64,000 nt of DNA from an uncultured Planctomycetales bacterium (GTDB lineage Bacteria > Omnitrophota > Gorgyraeia > Gygaellales > JAHJCI01). The notes beneath the pieces were generated by a model. The model ran no database searches. It saw nothing but the letters and a program-made list of their open reading frames with translations, and had not been told where the DNA came from. The position numbers and the translations under genes are program-made. The stretch spans positions 456 to 64,455 of the forward strand of contig CAZQEY010000001.1 of assembly GCA_964592485.1 (NCBI GenBank). The letters are read 5' to 3'. Positions 44,765 through 56,442 of the stretch are shown here, one piece after another; position 1 is the first letter of the stretch; every line of letters starts with the position of its first letter.

Positions 44765-45544
44765 CTACTTTAAAATTCGCTCTTTTATAAACTCCTTAAA
44801 AAATAATCCTATAAAAAGTGTATTGCCTATTAAATATCTCTTCCATAACCTCTTAGGTTCGCTAACCAAACGGAATAACCACTCAAAGCCGCTATCCCTA
44901 ATCCAGGCAGGAGCCTGAATCTTGGTCCCTGCTACAAAATCAAAGGCAGCTCCAACTCCTACCATTACAGGAACCTTTAATTTGTCCTTATGATTATACA
45001 TCCAAAGTTGTTGTTTTGGACAACCTAAACCTACCCATAGAACATCGGGAGAGGCCTTATTAATTTTCTCACTTATTTCTTTATCCTCCTGCTCGGTTAT
45101 TTCTCTAAAGGGCGGTGAATATGTACCTGCAATCTTTAGCCGAGGGAATTGCCTTTTTAAATTATTGAGTAATGAATTAAGGGTTTCCTGCGTGGAGCCG
45201 TAGAAAAAATTAGAATAACCATTTTTTTCTGCCAATCTTAAGAATTCTAACATCAAAGCCTGCCCGTATACTCTCTCTTTTAAATTATAGCCGTATAACT
45301 TCGCAAGAAACACCAATGAAATACCGTCCGGCACCGACAAGCTGCTGTTGTTTATTGCCTCCCTGACGTTACTTTCCCTTCTGCTTGTAACTGCATCATT
45401 AGCATTAGCTATTACAATATAGTTACCTAAATCCTTTTTCTTTATCCAATTCTCCATATTGTCTATGACCTCAGGGATCTGAACAGCGTCTATGCGCATT
45501 TCCCAGGCCTTAAAAGATTTGTTGGTATAGTTAGCGGTAACCAT
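44765..45544 (-). CDS. WecB/TagA/CpsF-family glycosyltransferase
   Basis: 259 aa with Glyco_tran_WecB features (..LWVGLGCPKQQLWM..). Confidence 0.75.
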   Translation of the reverse strand: MVTANYTNKSFKAWEMRIDAVQIPEVIDNMENWIKKKDLGNYIVIANANDAVTSRRESNVREAINNSSLSVPDGISLVFLAKLYGYNLKERVYGQALMLEFLRLAEKNGYSNFFYGSTQETLNSLLNNLKRQFPRLKIAGTYSPPFREITEQEDKEISEKINKASPDVLWVGLGCPKQQLWMYNHKDKLKVPVMVGVGAAFDFVAGTKIQAPAWIRDSGFEWLFRLVSEPKRLWKRYLIGNTLFIGLFFKEFIKERILK

Positions 45545-45551
45545 TTTAACG

Positions 45552-46526
45552 TTAGCTTACCTTCTGCAACCAAAGAGATGAAGGAAAATGTTTTTTCGGA
45601 TTATATATATTAAACGCTGACTGCAAACTTTTAGGTCTTTTGTAATGTAGATAACTAGAACAAAGTAACATTTTAAAAACAGCGTTATAAATAAGAAATG
45701 CCTGAACTAAATCTGACTCTGTCCAAAATCTGTGCTCTCCAAACATCCAAAGCTCAGAATTAAAACTAGGATAGGGAAAAAATATATCGTGGATATGTAT
45801 TATAATACCCTTATTTAGATTAGGAAGTACTTCTAAATATAAATAATTTACATCGCTACCTGCTTTAACAACATGGCTTGAATCGATAAATAAAATATCT
45901 CCTTCCTTTAATGTTTTAAAAAATTCTATATCTACTTCTTGTACTGGCTTAGCAATAATCTCTAAAATACCATTACCTGACATATCTTTTAACTTTTGCC
46001 AAGGATAAGGCTCTATACAAATAATTTTTGAATCTATTAAATCCCGACTTTTATTAAAAGATAAGGCATTTGCAGAAAAAAATGTTGATATGCCAGAACC
46101 AACTTCTATAATTGTATGAGGTTTAAAATAACGAATCATGGCATACAAAATATGAGCTTCTACCTCACCATAACCTTCTCCTAAACGTTGTTTAACCACC
46201 TCATCGTAAGGAGTCAGTGCATCATATTCATTTTTATATTTTTTTAATTTATCGAGAAAGTCCAGCTGTTCTTTAATATTGAAATTAACGCCGGTAAAAC
46301 TACCCTCTTTATACCAATATTCTACATTTTTACGCAAATCCCGCATACACGGAACAGGGCTATAGTAGTGAACAGGCAATACGTGTAATCCAAACCTCTC
46401 AAAAAATGTGATTCCCCTTCCAAGCAAAATTTTTTTTATTCCTCTCTTTATTATCTCTTTAGGTCCTTTCGCCCATAATTTTCGTAATGTTTTAATGAGC
46501 CGCATATTCTGATATACTATTAACAA
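45552..46526 (-). CDS. Putative class I SAM-dependent methyltransferase (TylF/Methyltransf_24-like)
   Basis: IIEVGSGISTFF (GxGxG-like) and a following acidic residue (ICIEPYP). Assignment is moderate. Confidence 0.4.
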   Translation of the reverse strand: MLIVYQNMRLIKTLRKLWAKGPKEIIKRGIKKILLGRGITFFERFGLHVLPVHYYSPVPCMRDLRKNVEYWYKEGSFTGVNFNIKEQLDFLDKLKKYKNEYDALTPYDEVVKQRLGEGYGEVEAHILYAMIRYFKPHTIIEVGSGISTFFSANALSFNKSRDLIDSKIICIEPYPWQKLKDMSGNGILEIIAKPVQEVDIEFFKTLKEGDILFIDSSHVVKAGSDVNYLYLEVLPNLNKGIIIHIHDIFFPYPSFNSELWMFGEHRFWTESDLVQAFLIYNAVFKMLLCSSYLHYKRPKSLQSAFNIYNPKKHFPSSLWLQKVS

Positions 46527-46623
46527 ACTACTCTTTTTAATTTAATCCTTGGTAAAATTATTATAGTGAATTTAATAATTATTGCAACTTTTAACGTTCA
46601 GAAATGCTTGATTTTTGGTCATC

Positions 46624-48639
46624 TTAAGAGTTGCTTTTTTTAATTTGATATGCGAATTCCGAATAGACAACCTCTAAAGATTTTTCGATTGCTAATCGTT
46701 TAAATTTGTTAAACTCATATTTTCTCAAAAGCTCTTTTAAGAAAACTACATCTTGCTGATTCTTATATAAGTTTATATATACATATATTTCGCTATTATC
46801 CAATTTCCCATTCAGAAAGAACTCAGCTATCTCCTGTTTAATTTTTATGGTTTTTTCTAAAATATTGCCATCGTAAAACAACTTATTTACGTCAACTATT
46901 AATTCTTTAATCAAAACGCAAAGAATATCTGGAATCTTTCCAACCGCAAGGCTTCCTGCTACCTCATGAATCAAATCACAGAATTCTATATATAACTGCT
47001 TATCCAAGATAAATAATGCTGCAAATTTAAAATTCAGTTTAGAAAAACTGCCTCTTAATAACTCCTCGAATTCACCTTTTTGAGAATAATGTTTACGTAA
47101 TTCTTCGGGCGAATCAAATTTTTCTTTTTTTGCCTCGAGACAAAATTGTTCAAACAATCTTTCTACCCGCGGATAGTTATTTTTATCGTATTTAATTATG
47201 TTCATAATTAATTCCATGGTATTAATTTTATGATAAATTTTAAGATAGCGGAGTGCTGATCTTAAAAAACCTGTATTCCAACAGAACCAGATTAACCAAT
47301 GGATCAATCTGAATTCTAACATCTCCTCTTCAGTCATGGTTGAGGTAGCAACGATGATTTCTTCACATTCAATTGCGGTTATCCCATGATAAATACCGTA
47401 TGAACCCTGCCGCAAGCGAAATTTAGTCCTCAGGGAAAATCTTTCCCTTGAACTATCACTTTCCAACTCAGTACCTGGTAACAATATGGTATTACCGACA
47501 TCGATAGCATCAAAATCAATATCAAAGCATTTACGTAAAGTCTGAATATGGCTTTTGGCGGTTTCTAATGACAAACCACAAAGAATATCAGTTGATACCA
47601 AAAGTCCCTTAAGTCTTAACTCTCTGACTAAACTTGACACTTTCCCCTGAATAATATTAGCTCGACCAATGGCTCTCTGAACCTTGGGGTCAAACGTTTG
47701 CACTGCAATTAGTTGTTTATCCTTACTGCCCAACATCTCAGAAATTTTCTTATTGTGTTCTAATCTATTTTTACTCGCCCAAATATCGATTCTTCTTAAA
47801 GCGGGTGTTCGCTTTTTTATTGTTTTTATTTTTTGGGCTATCTGGATATCTCTTTTCAATATACCAAAATTTGCGTCTGCAATAATCCAATAGGGGATTT
47901 CGGGGTTCTTTCTTGCAACATATTCCATCTCGCTACATATTCGTTCCAAAGGAAATATTCTGACTTTTCTCAAAGCTGAAACTCCCCAATTACAAAAACT
48001 GCAAGAGAAAGGACACCCCCGATTAGATTCAAATAATGGAATGTATTCCTTCTTAAGGAACCCATCCAGCCAGCCAGTTAAATATGGTGAAGGGAATATA
48101 TCAAGATTGGAAAGTATATCACATTGCGAGTATACCATAATATCGCCCATTAGATAGGTACAACCTTTAATAATCTCTCCATCTGCAAAGCACTTTTTTA
48201 GTCCTTTATTCCTATGAATGCTTCTGCTCAATATTTTTTTTATAAAATTAACAAAAGGCTGCTCTCCCTCAAATAGTGTATAAATATCAACATAGCTGTT
48301 TTGCTTTAAAAATTTCTTAATCCCTGGTTTATCAGTACGAACGCCAGGCCCCCCCATAACAATGACAATATCAGTGAAATCTTTCTTAACCTGTTTTGCG
48401 ATTTGTGCACTTAAATGTTGATTCCACATATAATTAGATAATGCTAATATGTGCGGCGAGTCTTTCTTTATCGAAGTTAATAAACCTGATGGCGACTTAA
48501 ATAATTCAATTTTTATATCCTTGCCAAAAAATTTTTTTACGTAAACTGCAATATTAGAGATATTCAAAGGAACAACATAATTACCTGGCAGAATATCGTG
48601 AACTAAATCTGCCATATAAATTTTAATCGGATTCTTCAT
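46624..48639 (-). CDS. B12-binding-domain radical SAM enzyme (class B)
   Basis: CPFSCSFCNW (CxxxCxxC) after an N-terminal Rossmann-like B12-binding region. 671 aa. Confidence 0.7.
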   Translation of the reverse strand: MKNPIKIYMADLVHDILPGNYVVPLNISNIAVYVKKFFGKDIKIELFKSPSGLLTSIKKDSPHILALSNYMWNQHLSAQIAKQVKKDFTDIVIVMGGPGVRTDKPGIKKFLKQNSYVDIYTLFEGEQPFVNFIKKILSRSIHRNKGLKKCFADGEIIKGCTYLMGDIMVYSQCDILSNLDIFPSPYLTGWLDGFLKKEYIPLFESNRGCPFSCSFCNWGVSALRKVRIFPLERICSEMEYVARKNPEIPYWIIADANFGILKRDIQIAQKIKTIKKRTPALRRIDIWASKNRLEHNKKISEMLGSKDKQLIAVQTFDPKVQRAIGRANIIQGKVSSLVRELRLKGLLVSTDILCGLSLETAKSHIQTLRKCFDIDFDAIDVGNTILLPGTELESDSSRERFSLRTKFRLRQGSYGIYHGITAIECEEIIVATSTMTEEEMLEFRLIHWLIWFCWNTGFLRSALRYLKIYHKINTMELIMNIIKYDKNNYPRVERLFEQFCLEAKKEKFDSPEELRKHYSQKGEFEELLRGSFSKLNFKFAALFILDKQLYIEFCDLIHEVAGSLAVGKIPDILCVLIKELIVDVNKLFYDGNILEKTIKIKQEIAEFFLNGKLDNSEIYVYINLYKNQQDVVFLKELLRKYEFNKFKRLAIEKSLEVVYSEFAYQIKKSNS

Positions 48640-48773
48640 ACTCTATCCTCTACTTAATAGCTTTAGCAAATCTAATTTCTAATTATTTTTTAAAAAAATC
48701 AAATGCTTACGACTTTTATACCTTTACCCAATTTTTTTGATTTTTACGGAAAGGTATTGCTCGGAAATAATCA

Positions 48774-50021
48774 TCATAATTTATTCAAAGTATCTATAAA
48801 CTGCTGCGCAGGAGATTGATAAAAAATATCATCTATCAAATCCCTCATATTTCTTCTTATTCTTTTGCATAATTCCTTGTCATTGATTATTCTGGCTATT
48901 TGTTCAGCAAAGGAATCCGGCTCCTTTGGTTTTGCAAAAGAGATAACATCAGTACAAGGTTCAAATTCTTTTTTAATATTCACAATTTCCGAAGCAATAA
49001 CAGGTAAACCCTGACTCATCGCTTCCCAAATAACACGGGGGAAGCCCTCAGCAATAGAAGATATAACAAATATATCTGACTTTCTGTATTTTGCTATTAA
49101 TTCTTTTCGATTACCTATATATCCGTTGAAGGATATACAATCTCCTAAATTATATTGACTTATTAAATCTCGCAGTTTAACTTCATAGTCATCCCCTTGC
49201 AGTCCTCCCACAATAGATAGCTGTATTGGAATACTAGTCTGGCTCTTCAATATTCTCATAGCTTTAATCAAATATTCATAACCTTTACGAGGAATAACTG
49301 TCCCCACAGAAAGTATCTGCACAGGTAACTCATTACATATCTCTTCTCTGAAGTAAAAATCATTTTTCTCTATATGTACTAAAGGAATGGTTTTCACTGT
49401 AAACCCTGACAATGGCTGATACTTTTTAATCAAGTCGTATCCATTCAGAATCCTTAAAGGGCAATGCGCCATCGTCCATTTCTCTAAATAGCGGCAAAGT
49501 TGAGCATAGGGCTTTTTTCCAAATTTTACTAACCCTTTATTCCATCGATATAAATTCAAGGTATCTTCCCTCCAGCCACTGCCAGCATACAAAATCACTT
49601 TCTTACTCATTTTTCTTGCAAGATAAATTCCCATAACAGCTCTAAATATCGGCATAAAAACAAAAACAACCTCAGCTTTTTTTAGTAAAGATTTTATCTG
49701 ATTGTATTGCCTGATGAGTTTCCATATATTAAAGACAATGCCCCTATTTCGGTTTTTATCTTCAAATAAAGATACAAGTTCAATATTATTGCAAATAAAC
49801 TTATAGCTATATCCTTTTAAAGCATTAAAACACCTGTCATTCTCGGTCACAATTGGACATAGTATCCTGACTTTCAGAAAGCTTTTAGCAATATCATCAA
49901 TATATTTTCCATCCAAATATTGAAAAAAGTATTCTTCCTTTTTTAATATTGCAGAAGCTCGCGATATAATCAGTAAACTGCTATTTTTAAAACTGTTCTG
50001 TTTAGCTGTAGCTTGATGCAT
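48774..50021 (-). CDS. Glycosyltransferase family 4
   Basis: C-terminal EGFPRVIWEAMSQGLPVIASE (E-x7-E GT4 motif). Confidence 0.75.
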   Translation of the reverse strand: MHQATAKQNSFKNSSLLIISRASAILKKEEYFFQYLDGKYIDDIAKSFLKVRILCPIVTENDRCFNALKGYSYKFICNNIELVSLFEDKNRNRGIVFNIWKLIRQYNQIKSLLKKAEVVFVFMPIFRAVMGIYLARKMSKKVILYAGSGWREDTLNLYRWNKGLVKFGKKPYAQLCRYLEKWTMAHCPLRILNGYDLIKKYQPLSGFTVKTIPLVHIEKNDFYFREEICNELPVQILSVGTVIPRKGYEYLIKAMRILKSQTSIPIQLSIVGGLQGDDYEVKLRDLISQYNLGDCISFNGYIGNRKELIAKYRKSDIFVISSIAEGFPRVIWEAMSQGLPVIASEIVNIKKEFEPCTDVISFAKPKEPDSFAEQIARIINDKELCKRIRRNMRDLIDDIFYQSPAQQFIDTLNKL

Positions 50022-50041
50022 TATCCAATAATCTTTCTAAT

Positions 50042-51274
50042 CTAATTACATATAGATAAATTTCTATTTTTAAGTAAATTCTCATATATCATAATATACC
50101 TTTTTGCTACTACATCCCAATCATAATTTTCTTTCACATCTTTCAAGGCATTTCTTACAAGTTTTTCCCTGAAATCTACATCTTCAATAATTTTATTAAT
50201 TGCTTCTGCCATAGCTTTAGCATCCTCAGGAGAGACGCATAATCCATTATATCCATTCTTAATAATATCCCTACTTCCTGGCACATCAAAAGTAACAACT
50301 GGAAGACGCGCCGCCATTGCCTCTATTAAAACTATACCAAAGCTTTCTAACAAAGACGGAAAAACAAATATATCTGCGGCATTATAGTATTCAATTAGTT
50401 CTGTGGGTGGCAGATTCTCTATTGCTTGTAAGTTATTAAAAACTTTCTCTAAACCAATCTGGCCTTTAAGAAAAATATACCTGTTTAACAAATTGTATCT
50501 ATCGTGCATAAAAAGTTTTTCTGTAGCCTTACCAATCACCAACCATATAAAGTCATCCCTTAAGTCTAATAATGATTTTGTAATTTCAAAGATATATTTA
50601 TAGTTCTTTTTAGGATGATTCCGTCCTATAGTAATTATTACTTTTTTATTCAATGGTATTCCCAATTTCTTCCTCAAAGTAAGCTTATCTTTATCTAAAT
50701 TAAATTTTAAAATACCAATACCATTAGGGATGATTCTTATCTTATTGTCTTTTGTAATAACTTTGATATATTCTTCCCTAACGCTCTGGCTTGTAGCAAT
50801 TAAGATATCAACTTTTCTTAACACGGACACTACTCTACTATTAATCAATGAATCTTTTCTCATCCCATAATTTAAGGCATCATCCATCTGCACATCAACA
50901 CCCGGACATCTAAGTACTGTGGGCACATCTTTGGTAAAAGAGGCAATATATCCTGCAGGATAGGCAAAGGTTGAATGCCATATTTCATACCTATTTACCT
51001 GCTGTTCTTTTGAAATAAAAATCTTAGCTAAACAATCAGCCAATATTGGGCTAATAAAACACATCTTATTTAATAAAGGGGGTAAAGTTTTAACCCTGTA
51101 AATCAATTGTCTTATTATCTTTTTTCTTGATAAATACCTAAACGATTTATAAGGAATATATAAAGTTGCGTCTATCTTATATTTTTTTACTAGACTCATC
51201 AATAAATTATGGAGCATTATTTCTGCTCCTCCGATGTTAGGAAAATATGTTGAGATAATATAAGCTATTTTCAT
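50042..51274 (-). CDS. Glycosyltransferase family 4
   Basis: ESFGIVLIEAMAARLPVVTFD (E-x7-E) and an N-terminal GT-B domain. Confidence 0.8.
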   Translation of the reverse strand: MKIAYIISTYFPNIGGAEIMLHNLLMSLVKKYKIDATLYIPYKSFRYLSRKKIIRQLIYRVKTLPPLLNKMCFISPILADCLAKIFISKEQQVNRYEIWHSTFAYPAGYIASFTKDVPTVLRCPGVDVQMDDALNYGMRKDSLINSRVVSVLRKVDILIATSQSVREEYIKVITKDNKIRIIPNGIGILKFNLDKDKLTLRKKLGIPLNKKVIITIGRNHPKKNYKYIFEITKSLLDLRDDFIWLVIGKATEKLFMHDRYNLLNRYIFLKGQIGLEKVFNNLQAIENLPPTELIEYYNAADIFVFPSLLESFGIVLIEAMAARLPVVTFDVPGSRDIIKNGYNGLCVSPEDAKAMAEAINKIIEDVDFREKLVRNALKDVKENYDWDVVAKRYIMIYENLLKNRNLSICN

Positions 51275-53253
51275 TTTAAAATGTTCTCAATTACATTCAA
51301 GGCCCTGTATCCTGAACCACTATCAAGAAAGGCAAAATTGTAAATAAAAAAACTTTCCAAGTGTTTGCTATTATCCGAGATAACTAAGTTGTAAAAATCG
51401 CCTATTTTATTAAAATCTACAGGATCGGTTATATGCATTGCTACATCATGATTGGAATTGAAAAATGGACTCATATCAGGAATACGGGCAGACCTAATTA
51501 TAATTACCGGTAAGCCAAAAGCTAAGGCCTCAACCCCTGTTGAGGAATAAGTTGTAATAAGAATATCTACTTGTTTAAACCAATCATAAATATTTCCAGA
51601 AACTATTTCGTAATGAACATCGCTAATGCAAATTCTTTCGCTGATAGCCTTAACGTGCTTCAAAGGAACTTTCGGATGTGACTTTATGAAAATTCTTAGT
51701 TTATTATTTTTATTTATACCATTCAATACAAACCTCAATACAAAATCTGTATCATGTAACCCGGGGGCAATAAGTATTTTTATCTTCCCCTGCCCTCTTC
51801 TCTTATGGGTCAGCAGAGAAGCATTATTCCATAGACCATCAAATCTGACTGGTCCACAAATAAAGATTTTTTGTTCAGGATACCCCCTCTCTATCAAAAT
51901 TTTCTTTGCAAGTTGGCCATCAACAATTAAGTAATCCGGCATAGGCATAGGTAAATGAAATGCATTAAGAGAACAAAGCTCCTCCTTGAGACCAGCATAT
52001 AAAAATTTCATATACGTAATAGGGCCGTGCTGTAAAGCCACTATTGGCATATTCGAAACAGAACGTGTACCCCTCGTTATAGCCTTTCCGTAAATAAATT
52101 CAAAACAATATAGCCCAGTTAATCTGGGTTGGGTAACTTCTGCCACTCTCTTTGCTGCTCTCTCAAGCAATTGCATTAAAGGCCAAGAGATGAGTATAGA
52201 CCTACGTATAAGAGGAATAAAGAGTTGCGCCAAGTCAATATTATCAAACAAAAAAAGTCTCTGAGATTCTTTTTTCTTTAACAATTTTGAATACAAAAAT
52301 AGCGATCTAAAATCAAAAAAAATAAGAAATATATCAAAAAACATTAAAAAGCCTTCGAGAACCGCACAGTCTTTTAATGCATTTCGGTCTCTGGTTAATC
52401 TTCTAAATTTACTTATAATAACACCTGGCTTAATGAAACATTTTTGATCATAAAACCTCAATATATATCTTACGCAATGCTTCTTCTCTCGCATAAGCTC
52501 TATTAATTTACCATAGTACATATCTTGCCAACGATTATTTCTCAAGCGCCATACCCTAGGATACCAAGTATAAAAGTTTATTCCACCCGCTCCTGATTTA
52601 TATAACTTGCCATGCCCCTGGATATATTTCGCAATACAAACTGTAAAAAACATAGAGAAACATACCAAAAGCCGATGCATGAAGGTTTTTAAGAAGCCGG
52701 TAATGCCAGATGCCATTTCCTTTATAGTAAATATAGAATAATAGTGAATACTATTGTTTTTACAAAATTGAGAGAGTAATTTACCCATTCTCTTATTGCC
52801 TATATAATAGATTCTCCCAATTTTATCTTTGTTTAGTTCTTTTGTTATTATGTAGAAATGGAACCATAACCACCATACATCGTCAGCAAGGCTATTCTTT
52901 TCAGAAATCTCTGAATACCACCACATTCCTGAGAAAAACTTACCTACTTTATCATCTATGCTATATGCCAATTTTAGCCATTTATCATAGGTAGCGTAAA
53001 TGAAATTACTGACCTTATCTCTAAACTCTATTGAAAACTCATCCATTAATTCTGTGGGATTGAGTATTTCTATGTTCACAGAAGATAAATTTATATTTAG
53101 CCATTTTACTATTTTACCTTCAACATCATCAACAAATCCCAAGTATAATACCTTATCAGCTGAGCCAAAAGGATAATGCTCAATTTTTCTAATAATTTTT
53201 TTTAGTTCGTTATCTCGAAGTTCTCGTATATCAATAATTAGGAATGATTTCAT
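51271..53253 (-). CDS. Large protein of unknown function with a GT-B-like C-terminal region (possibly TagF/capsule-polymerase-like)
   Basis: ILITTYSSTGVEALAFGLPVI resembles a GT-B nucleotide-sugar binding segment. 660 aa. Confidence 0.35.
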   Translation of the reverse strand: MKSFLIIDIRELRDNELKKIIRKIEHYPFGSADKVLYLGFVDDVEGKIVKWLNINLSSVNIEILNPTELMDEFSIEFRDKVSNFIYATYDKWLKLAYSIDDKVGKFFSGMWWYSEISEKNSLADDVWWLWFHFYIITKELNKDKIGRIYYIGNKRMGKLLSQFCKNNSIHYYSIFTIKEMASGITGFLKTFMHRLLVCFSMFFTVCIAKYIQGHGKLYKSGAGGINFYTWYPRVWRLRNNRWQDMYYGKLIELMREKKHCVRYILRFYDQKCFIKPGVIISKFRRLTRDRNALKDCAVLEGFLMFFDIFLIFFDFRSLFLYSKLLKKKESQRLFLFDNIDLAQLFIPLIRRSILISWPLMQLLERAAKRVAEVTQPRLTGLYCFEFIYGKAITRGTRSVSNMPIVALQHGPITYMKFLYAGLKEELCSLNAFHLPMPMPDYLIVDGQLAKKILIERGYPEQKIFICGPVRFDGLWNNASLLTHKRRGQGKIKILIAPGLHDTDFVLRFVLNGINKNNKLRIFIKSHPKVPLKHVKAISERICISDVHYEIVSGNIYDWFKQVDILITTYSSTGVEALAFGLPVIIIRSARIPDMSPFFNSNHDVAMHITDPVDFNKIGDFYNLVISDNSKHLESFFIYNFAFLDSGSGYRALNVIENILK

Positions 53254-53258
53254 GATAT

Positions 53259-54053
53259 TTATCTATGGCAAACAAAGATATATCTTGTCTCTCGAGGATC
53301 TTTTATGAATAGCTTATACAATAAATAAGTTACCATTCTTAAGTGTGGTTTTTGTGGCATAGATTCTGTTTTTCTAAATGTTGTGCTTACAAATTTTCGC
53401 AAATTCCCCAATAAACCATTAAAACCTAAAGGGTTAATAACTTCCACTTTCCTAAACTCAGTGCTATTAAGCCAATTTTTAAGTATCCAGTTTTGCGGCT
53501 CCATTCCCATGATGTTTAATTTGGTACTCCAGTTAAATGGTTCTCCGTTCTGTCCACTCTCAAAAAATAATAAATTTGTTTTTTTGCTAATTTCTGAGAG
53601 TATCTGTCTACAGAATGAGATTGGATCGATAATCTTACGAGCAAAAAAATGATGAATAACTGAACAAAATATTGCTATGTCGCATTCTTTCATTCTCTCT
53701 CTATAGAAATCAATATCAGATAGATCATCTTCGATAAATTCAATATCTAATTCGTAGTATTTTGCTATCAATTTATTTAATTCCAACACTTCTTTATTCT
53801 TATCCACCCCTATAACCCTTGCTCCCCTCTTGGCAAACTCATAGCAAAAATATCCATTGCTGCATCCTAAATCATATACCAGTTTATCTTTAACATCTAA
53901 ATCAAACAATTGCATTCGCAAATCCGGCCTTTTTCTCTTCCTTTCTTTTAGCTTTCCTTTTAATTCAAAGTCCGAAAACTTTATTGTTTGATATACTTTT
54001 ACTCCTTTGGCCTTTTTCTTTATTTCTCTTAGCAATAAAGTCTTATCACTCAT
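53259..54053 (-). CDS. Class I SAM-dependent methyltransferase
   Basis: Motif I DLGCSNGYFCYEFAKRGARVIGVD. Confidence 0.65.
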   Translation of the reverse strand: MSDKTLLLREIKKKAKGVKVYQTIKFSDFELKGKLKERKRKRPDLRMQLFDLDVKDKLVYDLGCSNGYFCYEFAKRGARVIGVDKNKEVLELNKLIAKYYELDIEFIEDDLSDIDFYRERMKECDIAIFCSVIHHFFARKIIDPISFCRQILSEISKKTNLLFFESGQNGEPFNWSTKLNIMGMEPQNWILKNWLNSTEFRKVEVINPLGFNGLLGNLRKFVSTTFRKTESMPQKPHLRMVTYLLYKLFIKDPRETRYIFVCHR

Positions 54054-54355
54054 AGTTTTCTTATAATAATACTTAATCTCTGTTTATATTTATATACGAA
54101 AATTACCTCAAAACCCTACAGTTTCACAAATCTATAAAAATCTTTTTCAAGAAAAATGAATATCTCCCTTAGTTTTATCGCGAAATAAATCAAGATAGCT
54201 GATGAAAAGATTATTATTTTTTCCTGTAACTTCTTGAATTACCATACCTTAGCAGATGCTTTATATATCATTTTTATACTACTTCAAATCAAAAATGCTC
54301 TATCCAATTCGTTCAAACATATTATCTATCATTATTCTTAAGCTAACAATAGATT

Positions 54356-56413
54356 TTAGTCAATTTTATATAATACGAATATTTCGTTTTTATAAATTGC
54401 AGCGAAACTTAGTTTATGCGCTCTTTCGGTTAATATATATTCATATGCAGGATAATCATTCTTTATTTGTTGAAAATCTTGTTCAGATAAATTAAGATAA
54501 AATTCTCTTCCCTGCGGGCCAACATCTCCAAAGGTAAAACCAGGATTAGTCTCAATGGCATATTTACCTGCTACAGCATAAAGACGCCTCAGACCTAAAG
54601 GATAATAATTAGGTATCATATACATTGAATGTTGGTCAATCTTACTATCCCAAAATCCAATATGATTGGATAGCATATTGAAAGCAGGTAAATACGGAGG
54701 CTGAATGATACCAATATTCTTTGATAAATTATTGTTTATCCATGCACAAATTTCTTCATAATCTCCTAATGGGATTCTTATTTTTACCTGATGAATTGAA
54801 TCATTTACTGAACCAGATTTCCATACAACTTTTTTTTCTTTAAATAAATTATCTGCCATTTTTAAGATATGGAAGGCTTGCGAATATTTGCCTTCTCTAA
54901 ACTTACTTAGTGCACGAATATTCCAGACCTCAGGATTAGAATAGTCTTTTTGATTTTCTTTTTTTCCAAGAACCGGGAAATAAATATCCTCTAAGCTTAC
55001 CAGATTTTTATCAAGAGATTCAGGGTCATTTAATAGAAGTGATTGTAATGCCTTATTAAATGCTTGTTTGTGTGTTGCAACAAGATTTGCTTCGCTAACC
55101 TGAATATAATCAGATTCATAAATAATACCCGACGAAGCAATTGTACCCTTTTGTGCAATAACCCAATCATTTCTTTGAATTTTATGAAGAGTAAGTCCAG
55201 CAAACAATATAACAACAACAAATGTTACCCATTGTATAAATGAGTTATAAGACCATTTCATACCTATTCTATTAATGCCGCTTTTCAACCACCTAAAAGT
55301 TAAGAAGGATACGCCAAAACCAAATGCAGTTACAACAACCCAGATTAAATCCCAAAAACGAGTTAGAATAATAGTAAGAGCAATATTGGGATTTAGCCAA
55401 TTTATTAACCATTTTTCAAAGACTAAACCAGATATAAAGAACAACAAGCTGGTAATAGTTCCAAGCATCATAACACTAGCTACAATACGGCTATTAGGCT
55501 TATCTCTAGAGGATGTCCGGCGTATAAATTCCCAGAGCACTAAAGTTAGGGCAGAAAAAAATATAAACAAAATAATCTTAATAGGGTTAAAAAAATACAC
55601 CAACCAATCATCAGGTTCATTTTTCATTAGCCAGGCTAAAGGTGATATGATTGACCCTACACGTGGTGCTATAATCTGGCGAAAATAATCTCGTGCAATA
55701 AATAGTGTATTATATAATGGAAAGGACACCGTTAGAATAAACATTACTAACATTGAAACAATCTTTCTAAAAGAAATTCGCTGGTAGTCTAAATATGATA
55801 ATTTTTTACCAAAAATATTCCAAAGAAGAATAAGTATACTGATAAAAGCAAAAAAACGTATGCCAAATTTGGGATGCAATATAAAATTTAGTCCAAGCAG
55901 AATTCCTGCAAAGAAAAGCTTTTGTTTTGTAATTAGATAAATTGCAATTCCAACCAGAGGAAAGACAAATGAACGAAAATCATAAAAGCCTGGAATAAAA
56001 AATGGGTTTGGCCTTAGTATTTGTAGCAACCCAAAATAATAATAACAGTGGCGTGTAACCAAGGTAATAATATAAACCAATATAGATTCATAATTAGAAA
56101 GGCCAACAACATATTTGCAAATTAAGAAAAAGAGGATAACAATTAAAAACTTAAAAAAAAAGGCAGAAAAGATATGAAAAGATGAATTGAAGAGTAAATC
56201 AGTTGGAATAATTTTTAATAAAAAAGGGATATAATATAGTGGGGAATAAAAGGGGTGGATATTCGATTGTTCTGTTATTTGCGTAATTTGAATTAGAGCA
56301 CTCTCCATATACTGTTGTGATGTATATGGTTGTAATATAATACCTTGGCGAATAACCATAATAAGAGTTATAAACATCAATAAAAATGTAAGCTTTAATT
56401 TAGACAATGACAT
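54356..56413 (-). CDS. Large membrane protein: N-terminal polytopic domain plus a ~250-aa C-terminal soluble domain (putative GT-C-like)
   Basis: More than 12 TM segments followed by a hydrophilic C-terminus. 685 aa. Confidence 0.4.
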   Translation of the reverse strand: MSLSKLKLTFLLMFITLIMVIRQGIILQPYTSQQYMESALIQITQITEQSNIHPFYSPLYYIPFLLKIIPTDLLFNSSFHIFSAFFFKFLIVILFFLICKYVVGLSNYESILVYIITLVTRHCYYYFGLLQILRPNPFFIPGFYDFRSFVFPLVGIAIYLITKQKLFFAGILLGLNFILHPKFGIRFFAFISILILLWNIFGKKLSYLDYQRISFRKIVSMLVMFILTVSFPLYNTLFIARDYFRQIIAPRVGSIISPLAWLMKNEPDDWLVYFFNPIKIILFIFFSALTLVLWEFIRRTSSRDKPNSRIVASVMMLGTITSLLFFISGLVFEKWLINWLNPNIALTIILTRFWDLIWVVVTAFGFGVSFLTFRWLKSGINRIGMKWSYNSFIQWVTFVVVILFAGLTLHKIQRNDWVIAQKGTIASSGIIYESDYIQVSEANLVATHKQAFNKALQSLLLNDPESLDKNLVSLEDIYFPVLGKKENQKDYSNPEVWNIRALSKFREGKYSQAFHILKMADNLFKEKKVVWKSGSVNDSIHQVKIRIPLGDYEEICAWINNNLSKNIGIIQPPYLPAFNMLSNHIGFWDSKIDQHSMYMIPNYYPLGLRRLYAVAGKYAIETNPGFTFGDVGPQGREFYLNLSEQDFQQIKNDYPAYEYILTERAHKLSFAAIYKNEIFVLYKID

Positions 56414-56442
56414 AATTTTATAAGAAAATTAGGCCCCAATTG